Made by a program: the position numbers and the translations under genes. The notes under the pieces are model-generated. The model saw only the letters and a program-made list of their open reading frames with translations, had not been told where the DNA came from and ran no database searches. A DNA stretch of 64,000 bases from a virus (lineage: Duplodnaviria; Caudoviricetes), in the IMG/VR virus record IMGVR_UViG_3300032050_000111, positions 1,627-65,626 of that record. One strand, given 5' to 3'. Positions 7,907-16,268 of the stretch are shown piece by piece (positions within the stretch are counted from its first letter, which is position 1; each line of letters opens with the position of its first letter).

Positions 7907-8194
7907 CTACTGCGGCTTGACACTGGCCGCCCTGTCGAGCATCTCGCGCATGGCCTGCACGGCGCTTACCTTACGGTAGGTTGAGCGCATGTTGGCCGTG
8001 AAGTGCTCTTCAGTCATGCCTGCGGTGACTGCACAGGATGCTGCGATCCGACTGAGCACGGTGAGTACTGCGGCGTACATAGACGCTGAGTCTTCAGGCG
8101 TGTCTTCGGAGAAAGGCGCGGTGATGATGTCGATGGTGCGGATGATGCCTTCATCCATCGCGCGCATCATGTCGGTGACTGCTTTGTCTTTCAT
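7907..8194 (-). CDS. hypothetical protein
   Basis: SD GAGGAG; ORF track. Confidence 0.7.
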   Translation of the reverse strand: MKDKAVTDMMRAMDEGIIRTIDIITAPFSEDTPEDSASMYAAVLTVLSRIAASCAVTAGMTEEHFTANMRSTYRKVSAVQAMREMLDRAASVKPQ

Positions 8195-8205
8195 GGTGTT
8201 GCTCC

Positions 8206-8676
8206 TCAGAACAGGGCGTCTTCAGCGCCGGGGGTGGTGGTGCGGGTGGGTTTGCTGCGGGGTTTCTCGGGGAACGGCCACAGGTTGTCGAGCGCCATGG
8301 GTCGAGGCTTCGGCTTGTCGTACTCCTGCGCGAACGCTTGGTGTTCCCTCTTGATGATGTGCTGCGCAATGGCCAGCAGCGCGTTGTCGAACAGCGCGTC
8401 TTCGGTCAACAGCACCGGGTCAGTGTAGCCGGGATCTTCCTTGTGCGCCGGGATCTGGTCATTGTACTCGGCGATGAACTTCGAGCGCTTGCTGTCCAGC
8501 CTGATGCCGTAGTCGCCCAGCACGAGCAGATCGTTGTGCTCGACGGCATAGGTCAGTTCGATGCTCTCCGGCTCGACCTTGCGGTAGTACGTCATGAAGA
8601 ACGGTGCCGTGCGGTCTAGGAACTCGCAGGCGTAGCTGAGGTGCTCAGGGGTGAACTCGTGGCGGGGCATGGTCAT
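8206..8676 (-). CDS. hypothetical protein
   Basis: SD AGGAG; ATGA overlap with the upstream gene. Confidence 0.7.
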   Translation of the reverse strand: MTMPRHEFTPEHLSYACEFLDRTAPFFMTYYRKVEPESIELTYAVEHNDLLVLGDYGIRLDSKRSKFIAEYNDQIPAHKEDPGYTDPVLLTEDALFDNALLAIAQHIIKREHQAFAQEYDKPKPRPMALDNLWPFPEKPRSKPTRTTTPGAEDALF

Positions 8677-8969
8677 TCTCCTGTGGCTTTGGCGATGGCG
8701 GCTTGGGCTTTGGCCAGCGCCGCTTGATGGTCGAGGTCGAGGTCGTCTTCGATTTGTGCGAGCGCCCACTGCAGGGCTTCGAGCAAGGCGGGCGCACTCG
8801 CGATGAGGCGGGCGTTAGCCGCCTGTCTGGGCGTCATATCTCGGTAGCTGGTGATCATGCACACGGCGGTGTCGTCGTCGCTGTAGATCACGTTGTCCAT
8901 GATGCACCACGGACCGGGAGTGTGCGTTTGTTTGAGGTTCCACGGGCCGGGCGTGTGCTTGGTCTTCAT
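8673..8969 (-). CDS. hypothetical protein (HTPGPW..ANARLIA family)
   Basis: Duplicated HTPGPW motif; ANARLIASAPALLEAL. Confidence 0.75.
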   Translation of the reverse strand: MKTKHTPGPWNLKQTHTPGPWCIMDNVIYSDDDTAVCMITSYRDMTPRQAANARLIASAPALLEALQWALAQIEDDLDLDHQAALAKAQAAIAKATGE

Positions 8970-9238
8970 GGTGTAGCGCCTGTTGCTTTGGTGAGTTTGT
9001 AAAGGTAGCTAGCTGTTTGTAGACAGTAGCCGTTGTTGTAGAAGTGGTCGGAGTCTTGGTGGATGATCTTCACGAGGCCCATCTCAACGAGTTGGTGCAG
9101 CGCCGTGCGTTCGCGACTGCCGAAAGACATCCGACCGCCGAGAGCGCCTCGGCCGCTGCCCGCCTCGACGGCGGCAGCGCCGCCGTGAGACCGCGCCCTG
9201 TCGATCAGCCTCTGCTGGGTTTTGGTGAGCGTGGTCAT
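8966..9238 (-). CDS. hypothetical protein, possible wHTH
   Basis: SD CAGGAG; ALHQLVEMGLVKI. Confidence 0.65.
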   Translation of the reverse strand: MTTLTKTQQRLIDRARSHGGAAAVEAGSGRGALGGRMSFGSRERTALHQLVEMGLVKIIHQDSDHFYNNGYCLQTASYLYKLTKATGATP

Positions 9239-9251
9239 GGTGTAGCTCCTG

Positions 9252-9482
9252 TTACTCGGCTGCAGATTCTGCGGACGAGATGGCGTCTTCGAGGTTGCTG
9301 CACGCGTCTTCGAGGTTGCTGACGGCTTGCTCCGCTGCCTCGCCACGCTCGCTGCCCTGCAGGCTCTCGGGCATGTTGTCGTAGTACTCCTGCTCTTCAT
9401 CGCGAGCGGTTTCGAGAATACTGAGCGCCTCTTGCAGCATGCCGATGGCTTTGTTGATCTCGGTGCGACGGTCTTTGTTCAT
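9252..9482 (-). CDS. hypothetical acidic helical protein
   Basis: SD AGGAG; EEQEYYDNMPESLQGSERGE motif. Confidence 0.8.
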   Translation of the reverse strand: MNKDRRTEINKAIGMLQEALSILETARDEEQEYYDNMPESLQGSERGEAAEQAVSNLEDACSNLEDAISSAESAAE

Positions 9483-9545
9483 GGTGTAGCTCCTAGTGGG
9501 GAAAGGTGCCGCCCCGAAGGGCGGCGGTTGGTCAGGGTGGTGTGG

Positions 9546-10013
9546 TCAGAGGTTGCGCACAATCGAGCGCAGGGCTTCGCGGACCTTCTCCTCGAAGGAG
9601 TCGCCGTCATCGTGCTGGTCGGACTCGTGGCGCTCCATGATGCGCTCGATCCAACTGTCGATGTCGCTCTCGTCGTTGTGCTCGCGCTCGTTGCAGTGCA
9701 TCTCGATGCCGTCCTCGACGGCCTGCTCGGCCACGCTGGCGATGTACGCCTTGAGCGTGTCGATGTCGTTGAGGATCGTCTTCTCGGCGGGCTCAGTGGG
9801 CGCAGCCGGTGCGTCGAACGCAGGCTGGGAGTTGGCCCAGTCCACGGTGCCGGTCAGCGGCGTCGCTACGCACTTCTGCTCCAGCACGGCGAGGCGCTCG
9901 GACAGCCTGATGATGTACTCCTCCTGCGCATTGATCGTGCGCTGCAGGGGCAGCGTGTACTTCTCGATGGCAGCGGTGAGGGCGGTGTTGATGATGGTGT
10001 TGAGGTCGATCAT
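9546..10013 (-). CDS. hypothetical acidic protein
   Basis: SD CAGGAG; ORF track. Confidence 0.75.
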   Translation of the reverse strand: MIDLNTIINTALTAAIEKYTLPLQRTINAQEEYIIRLSERLAVLEQKCVATPLTGTVDWANSQPAFDAPAAPTEPAEKTILNDIDTLKAYIASVAEQAVEDGIEMHCNEREHNDESDIDSWIERIMERHESDQHDDGDSFEEKVREALRSIVRNL

Positions 10014-10076
10014 GGTGAGACTCCTGTGGTGAGAAGAGGGCGCGGTGTGCGCCCGGTGGTTAACTGTGACAACGTG

Positions 10077-10472
10077 TCACAGTCTGAAGTCGCCGTCGAG
10101 GATGGTGTCCATCCTGCCTGCTTGTACGAAGAACGCTGCCATGTCTGCACGTTCATACGTAGTGTAGCCTAGCAGTGTGAGTGCTGCAAGCATGCCTTGC
10201 AAGTAGGCTTCGCCCTGTGCTGTGTAGGCTTTGCTTGTGGGCTTGAGCTTGAACTCGCGGGCGCGCATCTTCCATACCTCGGCGAGTTTGCGTTCAAGGT
10301 CTGGCAGTCGCTGCACTGCGGCAAGCTGGGTGAGTATCGCTTCGTACTGCTGCGCGTGCTCGTTGGGCGCCGTGGCTTTAAGCTGCCGCTTCACAAGCTC
10401 TTGCAGCGTGCTGATGGTCTGCTCGTCAAGCAGGCGCATGTACAGGGTGGTGTTGTCGGTCGTCATGGTCAA
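10077..10472 (-). CDS. hypothetical protein
   Basis: ORF track; stop codon lies inside a palindrome. Confidence 0.7.
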   Translation of the reverse strand: MTMTTDNTTLYMRLLDEQTISTLQELVKRQLKATAPNEHAQQYEAILTQLAAVQRLPDLERKLAEVWKMRAREFKLKPTSKAYTAQGEAYLQGMLAALTLLGYTTYERADMAAFFVQAGRMDTILDGDFRL

Positions 10473-10765
10473 GCTCCCTTCTTGGTTGCATTACGGTCAA
10501 GGAAAATCAGCCAATCTTTTTCGCTCAGGCGACGCACAAAGAGCCTGCGCCCTTTGACAACGCGTGCGTGTGCGTTGATCGCCTTGATCACAGGCGACTC
10601 CACAGCGCCGTTGCTGTTCACCCGATCTTGGGACGGGTCTACGCGTACAATAACGAACGCCTGCGCTTCGAGCAGCGCGAACATCGCGTCGTTGTCGACT
10701 ACTTGCTTCGTCGGAGGGTCGATGGGCGTCAACGTGTACGCCCACTCCGGTATGTTGTGCTTCAT
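10469..10765 (-). CDS. hypothetical protein
   Basis: SD CAGGAG. Confidence 0.7.
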   Translation of the reverse strand: MKHNIPEWAYTLTPIDPPTKQVVDNDAMFALLEAQAFVIVRVDPSQDRVNSNGAVESPVIKAINAHARVVKGRRLFVRRLSEKDWLIFLDRNATKKGA

Positions 10766-10815
10766 GGTGATAGCTCCTGTGGTGAGAGAGTGCCGCCCCG
10801 GAGGGCGGCGGTTGG

Positions 10816-11154
10816 TTAGCTGGCAAAGAGTGCGTCTGGTACTTCGACCTCGTCGCCCAGCTTGCTAGCGACGTAGCACCGCATGGCTGCGATCAGGGGG
10901 GTGTGGCCTTCGTATGCGGGGCCATCTTTGTGCGCCATCCAGCAGTCACGTTCGGGACTTTGCTGGATCGTGATCCCCTCCCGCTCGATGAGCGGCCCGC
11001 CACGAGGCCAGTCATCCGAGTAGCGCGGACTGGACAAGACACCCCTGTTCAGAAAGTCCTGATACCAACTCTTGTGCCCGGCTACAGATGCTTCGCATTG
11101 GTCTACCGCCCAGTCGAGCGTGGGGCCAATGAGGTCGGTCGTCTTGATCTTCAT
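10816..11154 (-). CDS. DUF2591 / NinX-like protein
   Basis: LDWAV..YSDDW..GGPLIERE.I..G.TPLIAAMRCYVASKLGDEVEVP. Confidence 0.85.
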   Translation of the reverse strand: MKIKTTDLIGPTLDWAVDQCEASVAGHKSWYQDFLNRGVLSSPRYSDDWPRGGPLIEREGITIQQSPERDCWMAHKDGPAYEGHTPLIAAMRCYVASKLGDEVEVPDALFAS

Positions 11155-11204
11155 GATGTAACTCCTGTGGTGAGAGAGTGCCGCCCGTGTGGGCGGCGGG
11201 GTGG

Positions 11205-11471
11205 TTAACGGGTAGCGAGCTTCGCACGAATGCGAGAGACGATCTCGGGGAGTTGGCATTCGTAGGCTTGGAAGACGATGCCTCCGCCGAATTGTTTGTT
11301 GTGATATCTGCGGCCGCCGAGCGCGTTGGCGGCTTTCACAACGCGTGCGTACCTATCGCTGAGCGTTAGCGTGTAGTCTGGCGCGGGCTCAAGGTCGAGG
11401 AAATGGCACACGTAACGGGGGTTGCCGTTCACGTCACTGTTGATGCGGGTCCAGTCAATATTCGTGGTCAT
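11205..11471 (-). CDS. hypothetical protein
   Basis: SD CAGGAG; DVNGNPRYV..GGRRYHNKQFGGGIVFQ. Confidence 0.75.
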   Translation of the reverse strand: MTTNIDWTRINSDVNGNPRYVCHFLDLEPAPDYTLTLSDRYARVVKAANALGGRRYHNKQFGGGIVFQAYECQLPEIVSRIRAKLATR

Positions 11472-11540
11472 GCTGTAACTCCTGTGGTGGAAAGCGGGAC
11501 AACTTGTTACCGGGACAAGATGTCCCGGTAATCCCGGCAT

Positions 11541-12296
11541 TCAGTTGGCTGCGATGTTGATGACCCGGCGCTTGTGGCCCGGGGCGTGGTCGAGGATGAC
11601 GATGCTGCGCGCCGTGGGGTGAGCCCCCGAGCAAAGCCGGCAGTCAGCACACTGCGTGCGCTTGCCCGCCTCGGCAGAGGCAGGACAGCTGATCTCGATT
11701 GGTGAGCGCGTGGGCTCGGTGGCTACGCGAAACGTACGCCACCCGCGTGCGTGGGCAAGCCGCTGCTCCTCGGGACTGTCGACACTGGCCATGAACAGCT
11801 TGCGCGCGCGGGGCGATGCGTCGAGCCACTGATGCGTGTAGCCCGTGTGCCCACGAGCGTAGGTGATCAGCGCCCGCCAGATGTGCAGGGGCGCAGCCAG
11901 CGGGTCACCGTATGTGCCGAACCGTACCATCCGAGCAATGATGAGCAGCGCGACTTCGAGCGCCGACGCACGAACGTAGGACCCGCGCAAGTATGCGCGA
12001 AACACGGCTGCGACTGAGCGCCCCGTGTCGACATAGCAGGGCGGCTCACCTGTGAGCTTGGCTAGGATGGGCCTGTGCATGCACTGCCCGCAGATGCTGG
12101 CGTCGGCCCCTGTGCGTACTGCCTCGACCGGATGCATGTCGGTGCGGATGATGAATGTCTGCACCATAGCGCCGGTCTTGGCGTTGGATGATTTGCTGTG
12201 TACGCCGGTCACGATCACTGCTATGGGCGCCCCGTCAATCTCTGACGGGCCTTCGTAGATGATGTAGCCGGCGGGCTTGCGTGCTTTGTTTGCCAT
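11541..12296 (-). CDS. Cys-rich metal-binding protein (gp88-like)
   Basis: SNAKTG..CGQC..CYV..RFGTYGDP..TGYTHQW..CPAS..CADCRLC. Confidence 0.7.
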   Translation of the reverse strand: MANKARKPAGYIIYEGPSEIDGAPIAVIVTGVHSKSSNAKTGAMVQTFIIRTDMHPVEAVRTGADASICGQCMHRPILAKLTGEPPCYVDTGRSVAAVFRAYLRGSYVRASALEVALLIIARMVRFGTYGDPLAAPLHIWRALITYARGHTGYTHQWLDASPRARKLFMASVDSPEEQRLAHARGWRTFRVATEPTRSPIEISCPASAEAGKRTQCADCRLCSGAHPTARSIVILDHAPGHKRRVINIAAN

Positions 12297-12347
12297 GATG
12301 AAAGCTCCTAGTGGGAGTGGTAACTGTGACACCGTGTCACAGATAGG

Positions 12348-13061
12348 TTAGCGCCGGGTCGGTTGGCGCGGGGGCTCCTTCGCCCGGTCCAGAAGCAGCG
12401 GCGGGCGTCGGGGAAAGAAGGCGTAGAGAGAGTGGGCGGTGTAGATGCCCCTCAGGCTTGCGAGATCGCGCTCCAAGGCGTCCGTGAGGGTGGCCCGCCA
12501 CCCTCCTACCTTGGCAGGCAGTCCGGGCGTCAGGCGGGCTCTGAGCAGGGCCGCATCGCGGATGCGCCGCAACAGGACGAGGTAGGCATCGAGCCAATCG
12601 ATCAGCGCCGGGGGTACCCCCGGACGGCCGCGCGCCGCGTCGTGCCGGAACTTGGAGCGCCTCGATGACATGATCCGATCCTCGGCACGGAGGATGGCGA
12701 GTTCGTCTTTCCACGCGTCGATGCGTTGCTGCACCCGTGCTTGGCTGAGAAGCGCTCGGGTGAGATTGTGCTTGCGTGTGAGATCGTGCTCGATGAGGTG
12801 TGCGCGTCGGATGCCAGTGCGGTGAGCGCTCTCTATCAAGGGTCGGGGTTGCTGGGTCGGGCGGTACGAACCGCGTGGATGACATGCGCGGCATATCTCC
12901 TCGTAGATGTAGACAGCTTGTCGGCCTGCTGCGCGCAGCTGATCGAGCGTGTCCTGATTAAGGCGTCGCGCTAGCTCGTCTCCCCATAGCTTGCGACGAA
13001 AAGCTATGCGGTTCTTTGCCTTGAGACAAAGGGGGCAGATGCGTGTTGGATCTGTGGTCAA
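12348..13061 (-). CDS. hypothetical basic protein with two CxxC motifs
   Basis: TTG start with GGAG SD; CPLC and CRAC. Confidence 0.6.
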   Translation of the reverse strand: MTTDPTRICPLCLKAKNRIAFRRKLWGDELARRLNQDTLDQLRAAGRQAVYIYEEICRACHPRGSYRPTQQPRPLIESAHRTGIRRAHLIEHDLTRKHNLTRALLSQARVQQRIDAWKDELAILRAEDRIMSSRRSKFRHDAARGRPGVPPALIDWLDAYLVLLRRIRDAALLRARLTPGLPAKVGGWRATLTDALERDLASLRGIYTAHSLYAFFPRRPPLLLDRAKEPPRQPTRR

Positions 13062-13555
13062 AATGTGATCTCCGATTACTGTTTAACGTGAGACACGAGG
13101 TCCAAGCCATCGAAAAAGCGCAGAGGAATCAAAGCCTTAGGCTGAATTCGGGCGAGATGCTGAAAAGGTCGGACGACAAAATGTCAGGGATGAAGCCATC
13201 GAAAGAGCCCAATAAAATCAACGACTTGAGGGTCGATTGGCAGGAATCCACATGCGGCGGGGGTACACACCCCTATGGCGCCGCCGAACGACCAACTTTT
13301 CAGGGCCATTGTCAAAAAGTTTACAAGACTTTGGGAGGACGGCGGCGCCATCCTTTCTATACTACTCTAAATAGATAGGATAGAGTAGTAGTAGTGGGCA
13401 GGCAGGTTATTGAAATGCAAGCGCTTTTTCGAGGGGTTGGGGGAGGGGGCGCATGTTGTGAAAGGGGAGCAGGGATGTAAAGCCGTTTAAGACTTTACAA
13501 ACTCTTTACAAACGTTGGACAAGCCCGCACGAGGCGGGCTTGACATTTGACAAAG
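13062..13555. other. non-coding region, candidate replication origin
   Basis: AT-rich inverted repeat at 13360-13390; clustered TTTACAA/TTGACA/TTGGACAA; hairpin at 13520-13542. Confidence 0.4.
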
Positions 13556-14014
13556 TCAGTCGCAGACGATCCGCTTGACTTCGCGCTTGACAACTTCCTC
13601 CGTTGTCTCAACTACCTCAATGCGACAGTTTTTGCTGTCGCTCTTGACATAGGCGCAGACCATCATGGTGATCGCGAGCCCATCGCATTCTTTGCGGAAT
13701 GAAAAGTCGCGATTGGGCCTATCGAAGGTGTAGTCGCTGGTGTGCGTGCACGCGAAGCCTTCATCTTCGAGTGCTGCAAGAAGACGCACGAGTTTGGCGG
13801 ACTTGAACCCCGAAAGGTTGTGCATGTACACCGTCACATGCACTGACTGGGAGTGCGGACTGACGCTGACGTACGGCTGTACTTTGCGGGGCAGCACCTT
13901 GTGCAGCACCGTGCGCAGCGCCATGCTGTCCATGGACTTGGTCCACTTGAGCGCGGCTTCGACATCGTTGCGGGCGCTGGTCAGAGCACGGGTGATTTCG
14001 TCACGAAGGGACAT
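13556..14014 (-). CDS. hypothetical protein
   Basis: SD CAGGAG. Confidence 0.75.
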   Translation of the reverse strand: MSLRDEITRALTSARNDVEAALKWTKSMDSMALRTVLHKVLPRKVQPYVSVSPHSQSVHVTVYMHNLSGFKSAKLVRLLAALEDEGFACTHTSDYTFDRPNRDFSFRKECDGLAITMMVCAYVKSDSKNCRIEVVETTEEVVKREVKRIVCD

Positions 14015-14109
14015 GAGAGACTCCTGAAAGGTTGCCGGGACAAAGTGTCCCGGCAAGGTGCAGTGTCGCACCGCACAGCCCACGCAGTGCATAGGCTGTA
14101 CGTTGGACG

Positions 14110-14220
14110 CTAGAACAAAGCCATGCCCATCCAGAGCGTGGCGAACATGAGGATGAAGACCGCGAGGGCCTCCGCGTAGAGCAGTGCCGTCTTGATGCGA
14201 CGGCGGGTCTTGAAGGACAT
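14110..14220 (-). CDS. small membrane peptide (36 aa)
   Basis: SD GAGGAG; basic N-terminus plus one TM helix. Confidence 0.6.
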   Translation of the reverse strand: MSFKTRRRIKTALLYAEALAVFILMFATLWMGMALF

Positions 14221-14234
14221 CACGTGAAAGCTCC

Positions 14235-14582
14235 TCAGTAGTTGTACCAGATGCTGGTACGGATCAAGACCTTGCGCCCCTTGCGGCGCAAGACGCGGGC
14301 GCTGTGGGTAGCGCACCCGCAGCCGTCGTACTCGTGTTGACAGCGCGACCCTGACAATGTCGCGACTAGCGCACGTGTCGCTTCGTCTCGCTCTTTGCGG
14401 GACAGCCTCGGGCCGAGCGTGGCCCACATCAGGGACACGTCGCCTGTATCGTAGTCGATGCGCTCTTCGACCACACGCGCAGGCGTGAGGCGCACGTTGA
14501 AGTCGCGCCCCCATGTGTCGAGGTGTCCCCACCCTGCGCGGTAGCGGTGGGTCAGACGGGCAGCGACAGTGGTTTGGATCAT
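14235..14582 (-). CDS. hypothetical protein
   Basis: SD CAGGAG; CQHEYDGCGC motif. Confidence 0.75.
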   Translation of the reverse strand: MIQTTVAARLTHRYRAGWGHLDTWGRDFNVRLTPARVVEERIDYDTGDVSLMWATLGPRLSRKERDEATRALVATLSGSRCQHEYDGCGCATHSARVLRRKGRKVLIRTSIWYNY

Positions 14583-14622
14583 GTGAAAGCTCCTGAAAGA
14601 TTGCCGGGACATTCTGTCCCGG

Positions 14623-15135
14623 TTAGGCGAACTCGCGGGCAATGATCACCCGCGCTTGACGGATGCGCTCCGCCGTGTACTGCGCGTTTGCACGCGCCTC
14701 GGAGAGGCGCAGCGTAGCCACGACGGTTGTCAAATGGGGGAACATCACCTCCCATTTACCTTTCCCGCTCTGCCAGTACGACCAGCGCTCCTCGAACGAT
14801 GCGCGGCTATGCATGTATGAGTCCAGCGTCTCGTACCAGCGCAAGCGCTGGTCGGACGTTTCGTACCTCAGCATTTCGTGCGGCCCGCCGGCCAGCACTT
14901 TCATCGCGGCGTGGATGCCGCGATCATAGAGGAGGGCGCAGCGCTGCCCCTCTACTTCGAGGTGGCCGTCGGGTGTGAGCCCGACCCACTGGTCTGGATT
15001 GGTGGACGCGTGCTCGTCCACCCAATACACCCCGCAATCGAGGAAGTACTCCACATCGGAGTACTTCGCGACCTCGGCCTGCATGGCCGACGCCTTGGCG
15101 CGCTGCGCCGGGGTGAGTTTGAAGCGTACGTACAT
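14623..15135 (-). CDS. hypothetical protein
   Basis: SD AGGAG. Confidence 0.75.
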   Translation of the reverse strand: MYVRFKLTPAQRAKASAMQAEVAKYSDVEYFLDCGVYWVDEHASTNPDQWVGLTPDGHLEVEGQRCALLYDRGIHAAMKVLAGGPHEMLRYETSDQRLRWYETLDSYMHSRASFEERWSYWQSGKGKWEVMFPHLTTVVATLRLSEARANAQYTAERIRQARVIIAREFA

Positions 15136-15172
15136 TGTGAAAGCTCCTAGTGGTGGTAACTGTGACAGAGTG

Positions 15173-15250
15173 TCACAGCAGCAGCATGGCAGCGGACGCG
15201 AGCCCGCTGATGATGAGCGCCGCGATGGCGGCGAAGTCGTCTTGGTTCAT
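15173..15250 (-). CDS. possible small membrane peptide (25 aa)
   Basis: MNQDDFAAIAALIISGLASAAMLLL; stop lies inside a palindrome; weak SD. Confidence 0.4.
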   Translation of the reverse strand: MNQDDFAAIAALIISGLASAAMLLL

Positions 15251-15365
15251 GGGGGTTTTGAAGCCTTGAAGTGTGGCGGAACAGGGCGACCCCACAGCGT
15301 AGAGTCACGCTGCCCTCGGAAGAAATTGCCGGGACACGATGTCCCGGCAACCGCTGTGTCCAATA

Positions 15366-15839
15366 TCAAGCCGCACGCGCCTCGGCGATAGCCGTGGCGA
15401 GAAGCCGCGAGGCTTCTTCGTACTCACCACAAGCCTTGACCAGCTTAGCGGCAATCTTCGCGATGTGATCGGGCACCTCGATGGGTTCCTTTTCTTCCTT
15501 TTTCTTCTGAGACTGCCCGATCAGGGCTTTGATCCAGCGCTCGTGGGCCTTTTTAGCGGCCGCGCCGGCCTTGTCTTCCGGCCAGCAGAGCGCGCCGGCC
15601 GTCGCGCCACGGGTGCCGACCGTGAGGACCACGCCTTTGGCGGCGGCAAAGCCTCTCAGCGTCTTTGCCTTGACATCGGCAAAGGCGGCACCGCGCAACT
15701 CGCGGCGAGCCGCGAGCAGGCGCATGGCCTGCTCGGAACCATCGTTCACCATCACGGTGAACGACACGGCATCGTCCCATTTCATGGTCGCGACGGCCGC
15801 GACGGAAGCGTGGGCGAGAGTGGTAGTGAATTGCGTCAT
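15366..15839 (-). CDS. hypothetical protein, first gene of leftward early arm
   Basis: SD AGGTG; Ala/Lys-rich. Confidence 0.7.
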   Translation of the reverse strand: MTQFTTTLAHASVAAVATMKWDDAVSFTVMVNDGSEQAMRLLAARRELRGAAFADVKAKTLRGFAAAKGVVLTVGTRGATAGALCWPEDKAGAAAKKAHERWIKALIGQSQKKKEEKEPIEVPDHIAKIAAKLVKACGEYEEASRLLATAIAEARAA

Positions 15840-15916
15840 GAGAGCACCTATGCAAGGTTGTCGGGACATGTTGTCCCGGTTAGTGGGCATCGACAGCCCC
15901 TGCTGCCGACATCTAA

Positions 15917-15925
15917 AGCTTAGCA
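15917..15925 (-). promoter_or_regulatory. possible extended -10 early promoter
   Basis: TGcTAAGCT upstream of the first early gene. Confidence 0.35.
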
Positions 15926-16048
15926 TGACCTCGTTTTGCCCCTAGATTCGCCCCCAAAACCCAGCCCTGCCAACCCCACCCACCGGGGAGGCCCCGTGTG
16001 CAGCGATGACGTGGCGGCGTGGCGCAGACAGTGTTTCACAACCACGCT

Positions 16049-16174
16049 CCCCTATTTTGTAAAATTTGCCCTGTTGTTTTGTCCAAAGTCAAGCCGCAGC
16101 CACACGCAGCCGCACGTGCACACACCCCACCCCCTATTTTGTAAAATTTGCCCTGTTGTTTTGTCCAATGTCAA
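16049..16174 (+). repeat. 38-bp perfect direct repeat (44 bp with one mismatch)
   Basis: CCCCTATTTTGTAAAATTTGCCCTGTTGTTTTGTCCAA at 16049-16086 and 16131-16168. Confidence 0.95.
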
Positions 16175-16192
16175 ATTCTCACACGCAAGCAT

Positions 16193-16219
16193 AAAAAAAG
16201 CCCCCGGCGTGCGGGGGCT
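16193..16219 (-). terminator. intrinsic terminator
   Basis: AGCCCCCG-CACGC-CGGGGGC followed by T7. Confidence 0.85.
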
Positions 16220-16268
16220 AAGCTTCAGGAGAGAGGAGACAGGCCATGCGCATTGCGCAGCGGCCCAG
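16193..16268 (-). ncRNA. candidate antisense small RNA (~75 nt)
   Basis: Bounded by a promoter (16273-16301) and a terminator; no ORF; contains CUCCUCUCUCCU. Confidence 0.5.

Larger units (their letters stand above)
10063..15879. repeat. dispersed palindrome family C(C/T)G(G/T)GACA-N3-TGTC(C/A)C(G/A)G, 8 copies
   Basis: Copies at 10063-10083, 11507-11531, 12324-12342, 14032-14056, 14604-14622, 15160-15178, 15326-15350 and 15862-15878. Confidence 0.9.

Noticed and set aside
11541-12296. Canonical radical SAM enzyme
   Set aside because: No CxxxCxxC motif is present.
10063-15178. TGTGA...TCACA palindromes as CRP/FNR sites
   Set aside because: The spacing is N7, not the N6 of CRP, and the sister CCGGGACA family lacks TGTGA.
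10063-15879. Palindromes as a CRISPR array or integron attC sites
   Set aside because: They are separated by whole genes at irregular distances. There is no cas or integrase gene, and no attC R/L box structure.
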